From: Lachnospiraceae bacterium
GTDB lineage: Bacteria; Bacillota; Clostridia; Lachnospirales; Lachnospiraceae
Direction of reading: 5' to 3'
NCBI GenBank assembly: GCA_017621815.1
Contig: JAGASK010000006.1
Coordinates: 4,085 to 68,084 of the forward strand
Length of the DNA stretch: 64,000 nt
Shown here: positions 55,905 through 64,000 of the stretch, piece after piece
Layout: each line of letters opens with the position of its first letter
Position numbering within the stretch: the first letter of the stretch is position 1
Position numbers and translations under genes: made by a program
The notes under the pieces: model-generated
Databases searched by the model: none
What the model was told of the DNA's origin: nothing
What the model saw: the letters and a program-made list of their open reading frames with translations, nothing else

Positions 55905-56634
55905 ATTATTTTTTCCTGTGTCTTTAAAAGAAAAAATTGTTTTGTGCATAAAAGGAGCCTTAGTTGTTGTTCTTGTGGATTTCTGCTTTTACCGCAGCAT
56001 AGCGGCGGCTGTCTGTCTTTTTCCTGTGGGTTATTGGTTTTATCAAACGGAAAAAAAGGAACTGATACACAAAAAGAAGGAAGAAGCAGGAATGCAGTTT
56101 AAAGAACTGCTGCTTCTTACGGTTGCCGGACAAAAGGCCGGATATTCGGTAGAAAATGCATTTTTAAAAAACTATGAGGATATGGCAGCTCTTTACGGGA
56201 GAGAAAGTTATGTCTGTCTTATGCTGAGAGAGGTAAAAAGCGGGCTTAATAATCATTTATCCGTTTCGGATTTGTGGAAAAAAATTGGGGAATGCAGCGG
56301 CATTGTGGAAATAAGAGAATTTTCGGAAGTATTTTCCATAGCAAAGGAGAGCGGCGGCAATATGACAGCGATTATGGAGAGAACTGCAGAAACCATCAGC
56401 AGCAAAGCGGAAACTCGAAAGGAAATAGAAACCTTGTTAAGCGCAAGGAGACTGGAACAGAAAATAATGAACATCATGCCTTTTTTCCTGATTATTTATG
56501 TGAATTTTACATCGCCTGATTATTTCAGAGGTCTTTATCATTCCCTGCAGGGGGTTATCATTATGACTTTTTGTTTTCTGGTTTATATAAGTGCCTATCT
56601 TTTGGGATATAAAATTGCTGCTGCTGAAGTTTAA
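55867..56634 (+). CDS. TadB-like type II secretion system F-domain membrane protein
   Basis: 255 aa with N-terminal and C-terminal TM segments flanking a T2SSF-like cytoplasmic domain. Located after cpaF. Confidence 0.7.
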   Translation: MLKNLKRQGIRSELFFPVSLKEKIVLCIKGALVVVLVDFCFYRSIAAAVCLFPVGYWFYQTEKKELIHKKKEEAGMQFKELLLLTVAGQKAGYSVENAFLKNYEDMAALYGRESYVCLMLREVKSGLNNHLSVSDLWKKIGECSGIVEIREFSEVFSIAKESGGNMTAIMERTAETISSKAETRKEIETLLSARRLEQKIMNIMPFFLIIYVNFTSPDYFRGLYHSLQGVIIMTFCFLVYISAYLLGYKIAAAEV

Positions 56635-56643
56635 AAGGAGGAC

Positions 56644-58023
56644 ATGATGGCAGTAGTAAGAAAAAGTATAATCAAAAATCTTCCGTTTAATTTCTATGGA
56701 TGGATTCACAGGTATTGTCGGGAAAAAATAGATTCCGAAATAGAAAAACAGCTGGCACAGCTGTATCCGGGCGAAAATGTAAAAAGGAAATATCGGGAGT
56801 ATCAGGGGAAAAAATACCTTATTATGATGACAGTAATTGTGATTGGGATTGCAGCTGCCTTCTGCATACATCTGAGCAGCCGGATGCAGGGCAGACTGGC
56901 AGAGGGAAACCATTTATACAGAAATGAATGGGGAGAGGGAAGTTATTTTGTCACATTATCTGCGCAGACGAATAAGGGCGAGACAGAGCTGGATTACGAA
57001 GTGAAAGAGCGGGTTCTTTCAAAAGAAGAAACAGAGATATTGAAAAAGCAGGCTTTAGAAATACTGCCGGAGGCAATTATCGGAAATAATGAAAGCCTGA
57101 TAAAAGTAAAAACAGATTTAGATCTCATTACCCGGCTGGAAGGATATCCTTTTGCAATTACATGGCAAAGCAGTAATTATGAAAGAATAAGAACAGACGG
57201 AAAGGTACTGACAGATGGCCTTGGAGCAGAAGGAGAACGGGTAGTTTTGACCGCTGTTTTTTCATACGGAGAGGAACGTTGGAGCCGGGATATTGATGTT
57301 ACACTGTTTCCGGAAGCTTTACAGCCGGAACAGCAATATTTGAATGCCGTAAAACAGCTGCTGGCAGATAATGATAAGCTTTCTGAAACAAGCAGTGAAT
57401 TCGTCCTACCCGATAAAATGAATGATGAACCGATTGCCTGGGAGGAAAAGAAGCAGGACGACAGCTATATGCTTGTGATATCCGGAATTATAGGTGCTGC
57501 ATTGATTGCCTGGGGAATGAAAAGAGACCTGCAGCAGAAAAACAGACTGAGAAATGAAGACATTATAAGGTTTTATCCTGAGTTTGTCTGCAAACTGCAG
57601 CTGTATATGGGAGCCGGGCTGACAGCAAAAAACGCATTTGTAAAAATAGGAAGAGATTATCAGAAGGATAAGGGCAAAACAGGTAAAAAAATTTACTTAT
57701 ATGAAGAAGTGCTGGTTTCAGGCTATCAGCTTATGAATGGCATACCGGAGGATGTGGTCTATCGGGAATGGGGAAAAAGGTGCGAAGAAATGCATTGCAG
57801 AAAACTTGGGTTTTTACTGGCATCACATCTGAAGCGGGGGAATGATAAAATTTTATCTCTGCTTTCCGAGGAAAGGGATTTGTCAATGGAAGAACGAAAA
57901 GGCAGGGCCAGACGGCAGGGGGAGGAGGCAGGAACCAAATTGCTTTTTCCCATGATATTAATGCTGATAGTGGTAATGTTTTTAGTGCTCCTTCCGGCAC
58001 TTAACGGTTTCGGAAGTATATAA
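56644..58023 (+). CDS. TadC-like T2SSF-domain membrane protein with ~200-aa extracytoplasmic insert
   Basis: 459 aa. TM1 is LIMMTVIVIGIAAAFCIHL. A soluble segment contains ITWQSSNYERIRTDGKVLTDGLGAEGERVVLTAVFSYGEERWSRDIDVTLFP, which looks like a bacterial Ig-like motif. It then has TM2 and a C-terminal T2SSF-like domain ending in TM LLFPMILMLIVVMFLVLLPAL. Confidence 0.65.
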   Translation: MMAVVRKSIIKNLPFNFYGWIHRYCREKIDSEIEKQLAQLYPGENVKRKYREYQGKKYLIMMTVIVIGIAAAFCIHLSSRMQGRLAEGNHLYRNEWGEGSYFVTLSAQTNKGETELDYEVKERVLSKEETEILKKQALEILPEAIIGNNESLIKVKTDLDLITRLEGYPFAITWQSSNYERIRTDGKVLTDGLGAEGERVVLTAVFSYGEERWSRDIDVTLFPEALQPEQQYLNAVKQLLADNDKLSETSSEFVLPDKMNDEPIAWEEKKQDDSYMLVISGIIGAALIAWGMKRDLQQKNRLRNEDIIRFYPEFVCKLQLYMGAGLTAKNAFVKIGRDYQKDKGKTGKKIYLYEEVLVSGYQLMNGIPEDVVYREWGKRCEEMHCRKLGFLLASHLKRGNDKILSLLSEERDLSMEERKGRARRQGEEAGTKLLFPMILMLIVVMFLVLLPALNGFGSI

Positions 58024-58076
58024 GATGACAGAAATGAATCATTATGAACAATAAAAAGCGAAAGGACGAAAAAGGA

Positions 58077-58253
58077 ATGAAAGGTAAATTGAGAAGGTTT
58101 TTAATAAATAACAAAGGAATGGGAACTGTGGAAATGATTTTGATTATTGTGGTTTTAATTGGTCTGGTGCTTATTTTTAAAACCCAGATACAGGAGCTGG
58201 TAGGAACCGTATTTCAAAAAATAGCTGCAGACAGTTCGGCAATTCTGGCATGA
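58077..58253 (+). CDS. flp: Flp-family type IVb prepilin
   Basis: 58 aa from ATG 58077. A basic leader ends in NNKG, followed by MGTVEMILIIVVLIGLVLIF (Glu at +5 after the Gly, then a hydrophobic helix). Confidence 0.75.
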   Translation: MKGKLRRFLINNKGMGTVEMILIIVVLIGLVLIFKTQIQELVGTVFQKIAADSSAILA

Positions 58254-59638
58254 TGAAAGGATATTTAACGGTATTTATGTCACTGTCTTTATCTGTTCTC
58301 ATAGGATTTGTGCTTCTTCTGACAGGTAATGCCACCAGAAATGCTGAAAAAGTACGGCTGGAAGGAATTGCAGATATAGGAATGAATTCTGTTCTGGCAG
58401 AATTTGATATTGAATTACATAAAAGATATGGTCTTTTATATATTGATGCGTCTTATCTTGGAAGACAGCCATCCGTTTCCAATCTGGAAGACAGACTGGC
58501 TTTTTATATGAAGAAAAACATAGGCAATGGGTCGGAAAATAAGCCCTGGGGAAATATAACCCTTAAAGAAGTAAGGGTCACGGAAATAAGAACAGCGGCC
58601 GAAGGTAATGGAAACTCTATGAAAAATCAGGCAGTCTGCTATGTGGAGGATTACGGTATTGAAAGAAAAGAGGCGGATGCTTCAGGTTATCTGAATGAAG
58701 TAAAAGAACTGGATAACAGAAATCCCCGGCAGGAATGGATTTCTCTGGAGGAGCAGATAGCGGGAATGGAGCTTCCTTTCATTCAAAATGAAAAGGGAGA
58801 ATGGGAGGAGGTTCCGTTGGGGAATCCGGCAGACAGAATTTTCGGATTTTTGGGAAGCGATGTGTTGTATCTATTGGGAGTGGATATGAATGGCGTGGGT
58901 ACAGGCTGTATACAAAAAGAAACCTGTATTTCACACAGAGAGATTGCCAATATCACAGGCGCACCGGTAAAAGCAGCGGACGACAGGATGTTTATTTCTT
59001 ATCTTTTTGAAAAAATGGGTAATTACAGGGAAGTAAAAGAGGATTCTTTTTTGAATTTCCAGTTGGAATATATTGTCCATGGCCGGTTATCTGATTATGA
59101 AAATCTGGAAGCTGCGGCAGAAAAGCTGTTGGACTGGAGATTCGCAGCTGCCGTAAACCGGGTTTTCGGGGATGGAGGATTATATGCTGAGGCGGCAGCA
59201 GCCTCAGATGAATTATTGGCTGTTCAATTAAAAACGGAGTTTCGCCGGCCTGTTACGGAAAGCATTCTATATGCATGTGCATATCTGGAAGCGATTGCGG
59301 AGGTCAAATGTCTTCTTGCAGGAGGCAGTATCAATATAGGAGAAGAAAATTTGTCGGTGGGAGTAAGTCAGGTATTGGAAGGTGTTATACCGGCGGCAGC
59401 AGTATCTGAAGCAGACGGTCTTAATTACGGGCAATATCTTGCGTGCATGCTGTTTTTCCTTGATGAGGATGTCCGAAATCTTCGAAGCATGGATATTATG
59501 GAAATGGATATCAGATATTTGACAGGGAATATTGCTTTTGCCATGGACTGGTGCGTTGAAAGATATACTTCACAGATTACAGCCTACGGCGGATGGAATC
59601 ATGAATATGTTCTTCGCAGGACTTATGGATATTATTAA
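58250..59638 (+). CDS. N-terminally anchored large pilus-locus protein (TadG-position; DUF5702-like by memory)
   Basis: 462 aa. N-terminal hydrophobic segment GYLTVFMSLSLSVLIGFVLLL. Overlaps the flp stop codon. No catalytic motif seen. Confidence 0.5.
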   Translation: MMKGYLTVFMSLSLSVLIGFVLLLTGNATRNAEKVRLEGIADIGMNSVLAEFDIELHKRYGLLYIDASYLGRQPSVSNLEDRLAFYMKKNIGNGSENKPWGNITLKEVRVTEIRTAAEGNGNSMKNQAVCYVEDYGIERKEADASGYLNEVKELDNRNPRQEWISLEEQIAGMELPFIQNEKGEWEEVPLGNPADRIFGFLGSDVLYLLGVDMNGVGTGCIQKETCISHREIANITGAPVKAADDRMFISYLFEKMGNYREVKEDSFLNFQLEYIVHGRLSDYENLEAAAEKLLDWRFAAAVNRVFGDGGLYAEAAAASDELLAVQLKTEFRRPVTESILYACAYLEAIAEVKCLLAGGSINIGEENLSVGVSQVLEGVIPAAAVSEADGLNYGQYLACMLFFLDEDVRNLRSMDIMEMDIRYLTGNIAFAMDWCVERYTSQITAYGGWNHEYVLRRTYGYY

Positions 59639-59660
59639 GACGGAAAGGAGGGAAAAAAAG

Positions 59661-60524
59661 ATGCTCTCTTCATTAAATAACATCAAGCAACTTCAAACTA
59701 AATTCAAGGCCCTTTCTCTCATCAAGTCGTTAAAGAGAGTATCTTTTTTTCCCTCTTTTTATCTTAGAGGAAGTATGGCTCTGGAAGGAAGCCTGGTGCT
59801 TCCGCTTCTTTTGCTTTTTATGATGACCTTATTATTCGGGCTTGAAATAATAAGATTTCAAAGCTGTGTTTTTGAGGCAATGCACCAAAGCGGAAGTAAA
59901 ATTTGCTTTTCGGCATACAGGGAGGAATATGGTGAAGCTGATGATGAAAATTCCGGTGTTAATGCGGCAGGAAACATGGTCAGGCAGTATCTGGGAGCGC
60001 AGTTTTTACCATACTTGTGTGTGGACGGAGGAAAAGACGGACTTTCAATTCTGGAAAACAAAAACAGCGGAAGAAAAGGAAATATGGAAATAGAAATATC
60101 TTATGATATAAAGCCCTTTATATGGTGGCTGCCGATTGGCGGCATTACTGTAAATGACAGATTTTTCGGACATGGGTTTATAGGATATACCGGAGATATG
60201 AATGCTGAAGAGGAAAAGAAGCCGGAGATTTATGTATATATTACACCGTCCGGAAGTAAATATCATGTTTCTGAGGAATGTACGTATCTGAAGGTTAAAA
60301 TTTATGCAGTATCGGGAGAGGCACTGGAAGAAAAGCGTAACGGTTCCGGAGAAAAATACTATGCCTGTGAGTGGTGCAGGCCTCAGGATGAGGGACTGGT
60401 TTATCTGACTGACTGGGGAAACAGGTATCATGGCAAAGCCGATTGTCCTGCCCTGAAAAGAACAGTGTATATAGTGCCCCTTTCCGAAGCAGGACTGAGA
60501 ACCCCATGCAGTAAATGCGGGTAG
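59661..60524 (+). CDS. TadE-like pseudopilin with C-terminal duplicated YH-x4-C ... CxxC module
   Basis: ATG at 59661 after AAGGAGGG. TadE-like segment GSMALEGSLVLPLLLLFMMTLLFG. The C-terminus has KYHVSEECTYL...CEWC and RYHGKADCPAL...CSKC. Confidence 0.6.
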   Translation: MLSSLNNIKQLQTKFKALSLIKSLKRVSFFPSFYLRGSMALEGSLVLPLLLLFMMTLLFGLEIIRFQSCVFEAMHQSGSKICFSAYREEYGEADDENSGVNAAGNMVRQYLGAQFLPYLCVDGGKDGLSILENKNSGRKGNMEIEISYDIKPFIWWLPIGGITVNDRFFGHGFIGYTGDMNAEEEKKPEIYVYITPSGSKYHVSEECTYLKVKIYAVSGEALEEKRNGSGEKYYACEWCRPQDEGLVYLTDWGNRYHGKADCPALKRTVYIVPLSEAGLRTPCSKCG

Positions 60525-60539
60525 AAGGAAATAGAAAAT

Positions 60540-60959
60540 ATGTATGAAAAAGCAGGATATTGTATGATGTTGCTTACGCTGGGGTATTTGTCTGGCAAAG
60601 ATATTAAATTAAAGAAGATATCTGTAGTACCGTTATTGGTATCAGGTATATTGTCGGTGATATATGTGCTTGCAGGGAAAGGGATGAGTATGGAGTATTT
60701 CATGGTTTGTATGCTGCCGGGAATGCTTTTCCTCTTACTGTCTTTGCTGACAGGAGAAAAAGTCGGATATGGGGATGGTGCGGTTTTGCTGGTGATGGGA
60801 TTGTGGACAAATGGTTTCTTCTGCATGATGGTAACCTGTATGGCAGTTTTTCTTTCAGGCTTATATTCCGTTTACCTTTTACTGAAAGGGAAAAAAGAAC
60901 TGATACCGTTTGTCCCTTTTTTGCTGGCAGCCATGGAGGTGATGCTTTTATATGAATAA
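60540..60959 (+). CDS. A24-family prepilin peptidase (CpaA/TadV-like)
   Basis: 139 aa with about 5 TM segments. First Asp context GKDIKLKKIS and second Asp context GYGDGAVLLVMG. Confidence 0.75.
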   Translation: MYEKAGYCMMLLTLGYLSGKDIKLKKISVVPLLVSGILSVIYVLAGKGMSMEYFMVCMLPGMLFLLLSLLTGEKVGYGDGAVLLVMGLWTNGFFCMMVTCMAVFLSGLYSVYLLLKGKKELIPFVPFLLAAMEVMLLYE

Positions 60960-61407
60960 GAGTTTGAACATGAATAAGAACTGGAATATGAATAAAAATT
61001 GGAATGGTTATTTGACGGTGGAAGCGTCCCTGGTGATGCCTCTGGTTATCATGATTTATCTGCTTATGATTTTATGCGGATTCTATTTGTATAACAGGTG
61101 CGTAATTTCTCAGGACAATTATTTGCTTGCTTTCAGGGGAAGCAGGTTTACCGATGCAGGAAAAAATTACGGAGAAGTAATATATGGAGAAATGGAACAA
61201 GGTAATGACAGTAATCATCAATATATTCTGGAACGCATGGAATATAAAAGCCGGCTGTATCCCTTCTGCAATGTAAATCAGAGGAAGGCAGAAGATACCG
61301 GTAATAAGGTGGTTGTTACAACGGCAGGCTATAAAGGGGCACTTGTGATGAAAAAAGAAGCAGAAAGAATAAATATATTGGAAATAGTAAAGAAAACAAG
61401 GAGATAG
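60952..61407 (+). CDS. TadE-like pseudopilin
   Basis: An Asn-rich leader (NMNKNWNMNKNWN), then GYLTVEASLVMPLVIMIYLLMILCGF (TadE-like N-terminal motif). Confidence 0.6.
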   Translation: MNKSLNMNKNWNMNKNWNGYLTVEASLVMPLVIMIYLLMILCGFYLYNRCVISQDNYLLAFRGSRFTDAGKNYGEVIYGEMEQGNDSNHQYILERMEYKSRLYPFCNVNQRKAEDTGNKVVVTTAGYKGALVMKKEAERINILEIVKKTRR

Positions 61408-61410
61408 GGT

Positions 61411-62706
61411 ATGATTGAGAAAGAATATTATAAGGATTTTCGTCATAATTATATTATTTTAAAAGTTTTGGATTTTTCTATTGATATGTATCAATGCAAA
61501 ATGATAACCGGCAATAAAATAGGAGGATTACTTGCGTGTCAGGAAAGACACATTAATGGAGATATGCTTTTATATTATGAAATTACTTCGAAGCAAAGCC
61601 TTGCATATCTTTATGAAAACAGTCATATCGATTGCCGGCAGCTTCGGAAGTTTTTTGTGCAGCTTAAAATGGTATGGGAAGGCTTATCCCGGTATCTGCT
61701 GGACGAACGGAATCTGCTGCTGAACCCTGAATATATATATGTGGATGTGGAAACGCAGGAATTATTTTTTATTTATTATCCTTGTGAAACAGAAGAAAAG
61801 TATATTACATCCCTGTTGGAATTTTTTGCGAATAAGGTAGACGCTGAAGATAATGAAGCGGTGGAAATAACATATAAAATGTTGGAACTGGTAGAAAAAG
61901 AACAATTTGTCTTAGATGAAGTATTGCAGTGGTTTGAACAGGATTATGAAGTATCCGGAGAAACAAAGGCAGAACGGTTTGATAACCATGAATATCAGAA
62001 AAGCTTTCAGGAAGATGAGCAGGAGGAAGAAGCTCCGGAGATAACAGCAGATTCCGGCAAGCTGAACTGTTTATCCGGAAGGGCGGCTTTTATCAGTTTA
62101 TTTACAGGAGCAGCAATTTCAGGGATTCTTTGCTATATAATTTATGGTTATCAATTAACGGAAACGGAAAAAATTTACTGCTATGCAGGAATATTTATGG
62201 CGGGTATATTGCTGCTTGCCGGAGGAATAGGATTACTTTATGAAAAGTTTGGCAGGAAAAGTCCTTTTTTGCGGAATAAACCGGTCATCCTGGGAAAACG
62301 GGAAGATGAAGGAGATGAAAAACCCTTCCAGAAAACAATGGTTTGCGAAAGCGTGCAGGAAAAATTAAATCAATCTTATGGGAATACAGTGTTTATTCCA
62401 TGGGTGGAAAGCAGTGAAAATAAACTGTATGGAGTGGGAAAAGGAAATAAAAACCATATTGATTTAAGCAGGCTTCCTATTACAGTAGGGAAACTGGCAG
62501 GAAGTGTTGACATGGTAATTACAGATCAGAGCATCAGCCGAAGGCACGTAAAATTTGCACGGGAAGGAAACAGAATTTATATGACAGACCTGAATTCCAC
62601 GAACGGAACCTTTAAAAATGGATTGCGCCTGGAGCCTAATACATCGGAAGTGTTGGAACCGGGAGATGAAATAAAATTAGGAAAATTGAAATTTATTTAC
62701 AGATAA
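61411..62706 (+). CDS. membrane protein with N-terminal uncharacterised domain and C-terminal FHA domain
   Basis: 431 aa. Central TM pair (AAFISLFTGAAISGILCYIIY / YAGIFMAGILLLAGGIGLL). C-terminal FHA signature ITVGK....D.VI.DQSISRRHVKF......IYMTDLNSTNGTFKNG.RL. Confidence 0.8.
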   Translation: MIEKEYYKDFRHNYIILKVLDFSIDMYQCKMITGNKIGGLLACQERHINGDMLLYYEITSKQSLAYLYENSHIDCRQLRKFFVQLKMVWEGLSRYLLDERNLLLNPEYIYVDVETQELFFIYYPCETEEKYITSLLEFFANKVDAEDNEAVEITYKMLELVEKEQFVLDEVLQWFEQDYEVSGETKAERFDNHEYQKSFQEDEQEEEAPEITADSGKLNCLSGRAAFISLFTGAAISGILCYIIYGYQLTETEKIYCYAGIFMAGILLLAGGIGLLYEKFGRKSPFLRNKPVILGKREDEGDEKPFQKTMVCESVQEKLNQSYGNTVFIPWVESSENKLYGVGKGNKNHIDLSRLPITVGKLAGSVDMVITDQSISRRHVKFAREGNRIYMTDLNSTNGTFKNGLRLEPNTSEVLEPGDEIKLGKLKFIYR

Positions 62707-62765
62707 TGAAATTCGCTTTATACTTAATGTAGTATGCTTGTTTCAAAATGAAAGGACAGATTTCT

Positions 62766-63773
62766 ATGAAAATATATATTTACTATGGTGGAAGAGGATT
62801 GATAGATGACCCTACATTGTATGTAATTAATAAAATGGAAGAAGTATTTCAGGAGCTTCATGTAACTGTGGAGCGCTTTAATTTGTATGAATTAAAAAAT
62901 AATATTACTACATTACCTCAGACCATAAAGGAAGCTGACGGCATTGTGCTGGCTACGACGGTGGAATGGTTTGGAATAGGCGGATATATGCAGCAGTTTT
63001 TGGATGCGTGCTGGTTATATGGGGATAAGGAAAAAATTTCTAAGACATATATGTGCCCAATTGTCATGTCCACAACATATGGTGAAAGGGAAGGAAAACT
63101 GAATCTGGCTAATGCATGGGAGATACTGGGAGGGCGTCCCTGCAGCGGTATCTGCGGATATATTTCAGACACATCGATTTTTGAGGATAATGATGAATAT
63201 ATTAAAATAATTGAAAAAAAAGCGGAAAATATGTACCGCACTATTAATCAGAAAATGGCAAGCTTTCCTGCTAGCAATCAGGCTGTTAAAAAGATGGTAT
63301 CCATAACTAAAAACACGGATTTAACACCTCAGGAATCAGAGCAGCTTTCGAGATATGCGTCTGATGACAGTTACGTGAGAAGACAAAAAGAAGATATACA
63401 GGAGTTGACGAGCCTTTTTCGGGATATGATGGGAAATGGTGAGTCTGAAGAAGGAGAAGAAGAGTATATCAGGGATTTTCAAACTCATTTTGTTCCTCAA
63501 CCCGGATTTAAAGCGGTTTATAAAATTCAGATTGAAGGAAAAAAAAGACCTCTGATTATTGAAATTAATGGGGCGGAAAATAATTATTATTATGGGAATG
63601 CATCTTCCTGTGATGTGGAGATACGAATGAAAAAGGAGACCATGGACGATATTATTTTTTCGCGTATGACTTTTCAAAGGGCCTTTATGGGAGGCGCCAT
63701 GAAAATGAAAGGTGATTTCAGGATACTTCGTACTTTGGACCAGATTTTTGTTTTTATGGGAAAAACCATATAA
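62766..63773 (+). CDS. flavodoxin-like NAD(P)H-dependent FMN reductase domain fused to C-terminal SCP2 sterol-carrier-like domain
   Basis: The N-terminus MKIYIYYGGRG...ADGIVLATTVEWFGIGGYMQQFLD is FMN_red/flavodoxin_2-like. The C-terminus MTFQRAFMGGAMKMKGDFRILRTLDQIF is SCP2-like. Confidence 0.6.
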   Translation: MKIYIYYGGRGLIDDPTLYVINKMEEVFQELHVTVERFNLYELKNNITTLPQTIKEADGIVLATTVEWFGIGGYMQQFLDACWLYGDKEKISKTYMCPIVMSTTYGEREGKLNLANAWEILGGRPCSGICGYISDTSIFEDNDEYIKIIEKKAENMYRTINQKMASFPASNQAVKKMVSITKNTDLTPQESEQLSRYASDDSYVRRQKEDIQELTSLFRDMMGNGESEEGEEEYIRDFQTHFVPQPGFKAVYKIQIEGKKRPLIIEINGAENNYYYGNASSCDVEIRMKKETMDDIIFSRMTFQRAFMGGAMKMKGDFRILRTLDQIFVFMGKTI

Positions 63774-63800
63774 AATATATGAATATAAAAAGGAGATCGG

Positions 63801-64000
63801 ATGATGAAAGACGATAATTGTATTTTTTGTAAAATCGCAGCAGGAGAAATTCCTTCTAAAACTCTTTATGAGGATGAGCAGTTTCGCGTGATTTTGGATT
63901 TAGGACCGGCAACCAGAGGGCATGCACTGATTCTGCCCAGGAATCATTATGGAAATATCTATGAGCTGCCGGAGGAAACGGCGGGTGATGCAATGAAGCT
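63801..64000 (+). CDS. HIT-family (histidine triad) protein, 3'-truncated by window end
   Basis: ATG after AAGGAGA. CIFCKIAAGEIPSKTLYEDEQFRVILDLGPATRGHALILPRNH is a typical HIT N-terminal half. The ORF runs off the window. Confidence 0.85.
   Translation, partial: MMKDDNCIFCKIAAGEIPSKTLYEDEQFRVILDLGPATRGHALILPRNHYGNIYELPEETAGDAMK

Noticed and set aside
59532-59660. Upstream extension of the TadE-like/Cys-motif ORF, overlapping the preceding gene by 107 nt.
   Set aside because: ATG at 59661 has a strong AAGGAGGG RBS, and the extension has no pilin-like features. I chose the shorter start.

Overview
This is a 64-kb chromosomal segment from a low-GC, spore-forming, flagellated Firmicute. Gene content looks like Clostridia, probably Lachnospiraceae-like. 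All family names come from motif recognition by eye, because no database search could be run.

Most of the window is housekeeping or core genes:
- Core metabolism and translation: pgeF, prs, der-plsY-gpsA, tyrS, tatD-rsmA and glgB.
- Sporulation: spoIVA and yaaL-bofA.
- Signalling: two OmpR/histidine-kinase pairs and one MCP.
- Flagellar: a flagellin plus fliS-like gene, and two FliK-C-terminal-like genes.

Four regions stand out:
1. 37125-40959 is an AT-rich integrative element of about 3.7 kb, inserted in tRNA-Lys(CUU) and bounded by 95-nt direct repeats. It encodes only a Rep_trans-type initiator/relaxase, a tyrosine recombinase, an XRE-type repressor with a divergent-promoter and two-operator switch, two orphan ORFs and a hairpin-rich non-coding block. 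I rate this the most interesting object in the window.
2. 53678-62706 is a 10-gene Gram-positive Tad/Flp pilus locus with several atypical components. These are a TadZ-like protein with a destroyed P-loop, a TadC with a large extracytoplasmic insert, a TadE-like protein with a double YH..C/CxxC tail, and an FHA protein.
3. 23103-24899 is an IS1182/IS5-like insertion sequence with 16-bp terminal inverted repeats. It appears to have decapitated a membrane-protein gene upstream of a two-component system.
4. 42913-45888 encodes a 991-aa protein that combines a helical-repeat domain, a very long acidic tract and a degenerate AAA+ domain. A MoxR-AAA+/CoxE-like VWA pair (13495-15545) is a further uncharacterised module.

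I saw no CRISPR array, rRNA gene or recognisable riboswitch.
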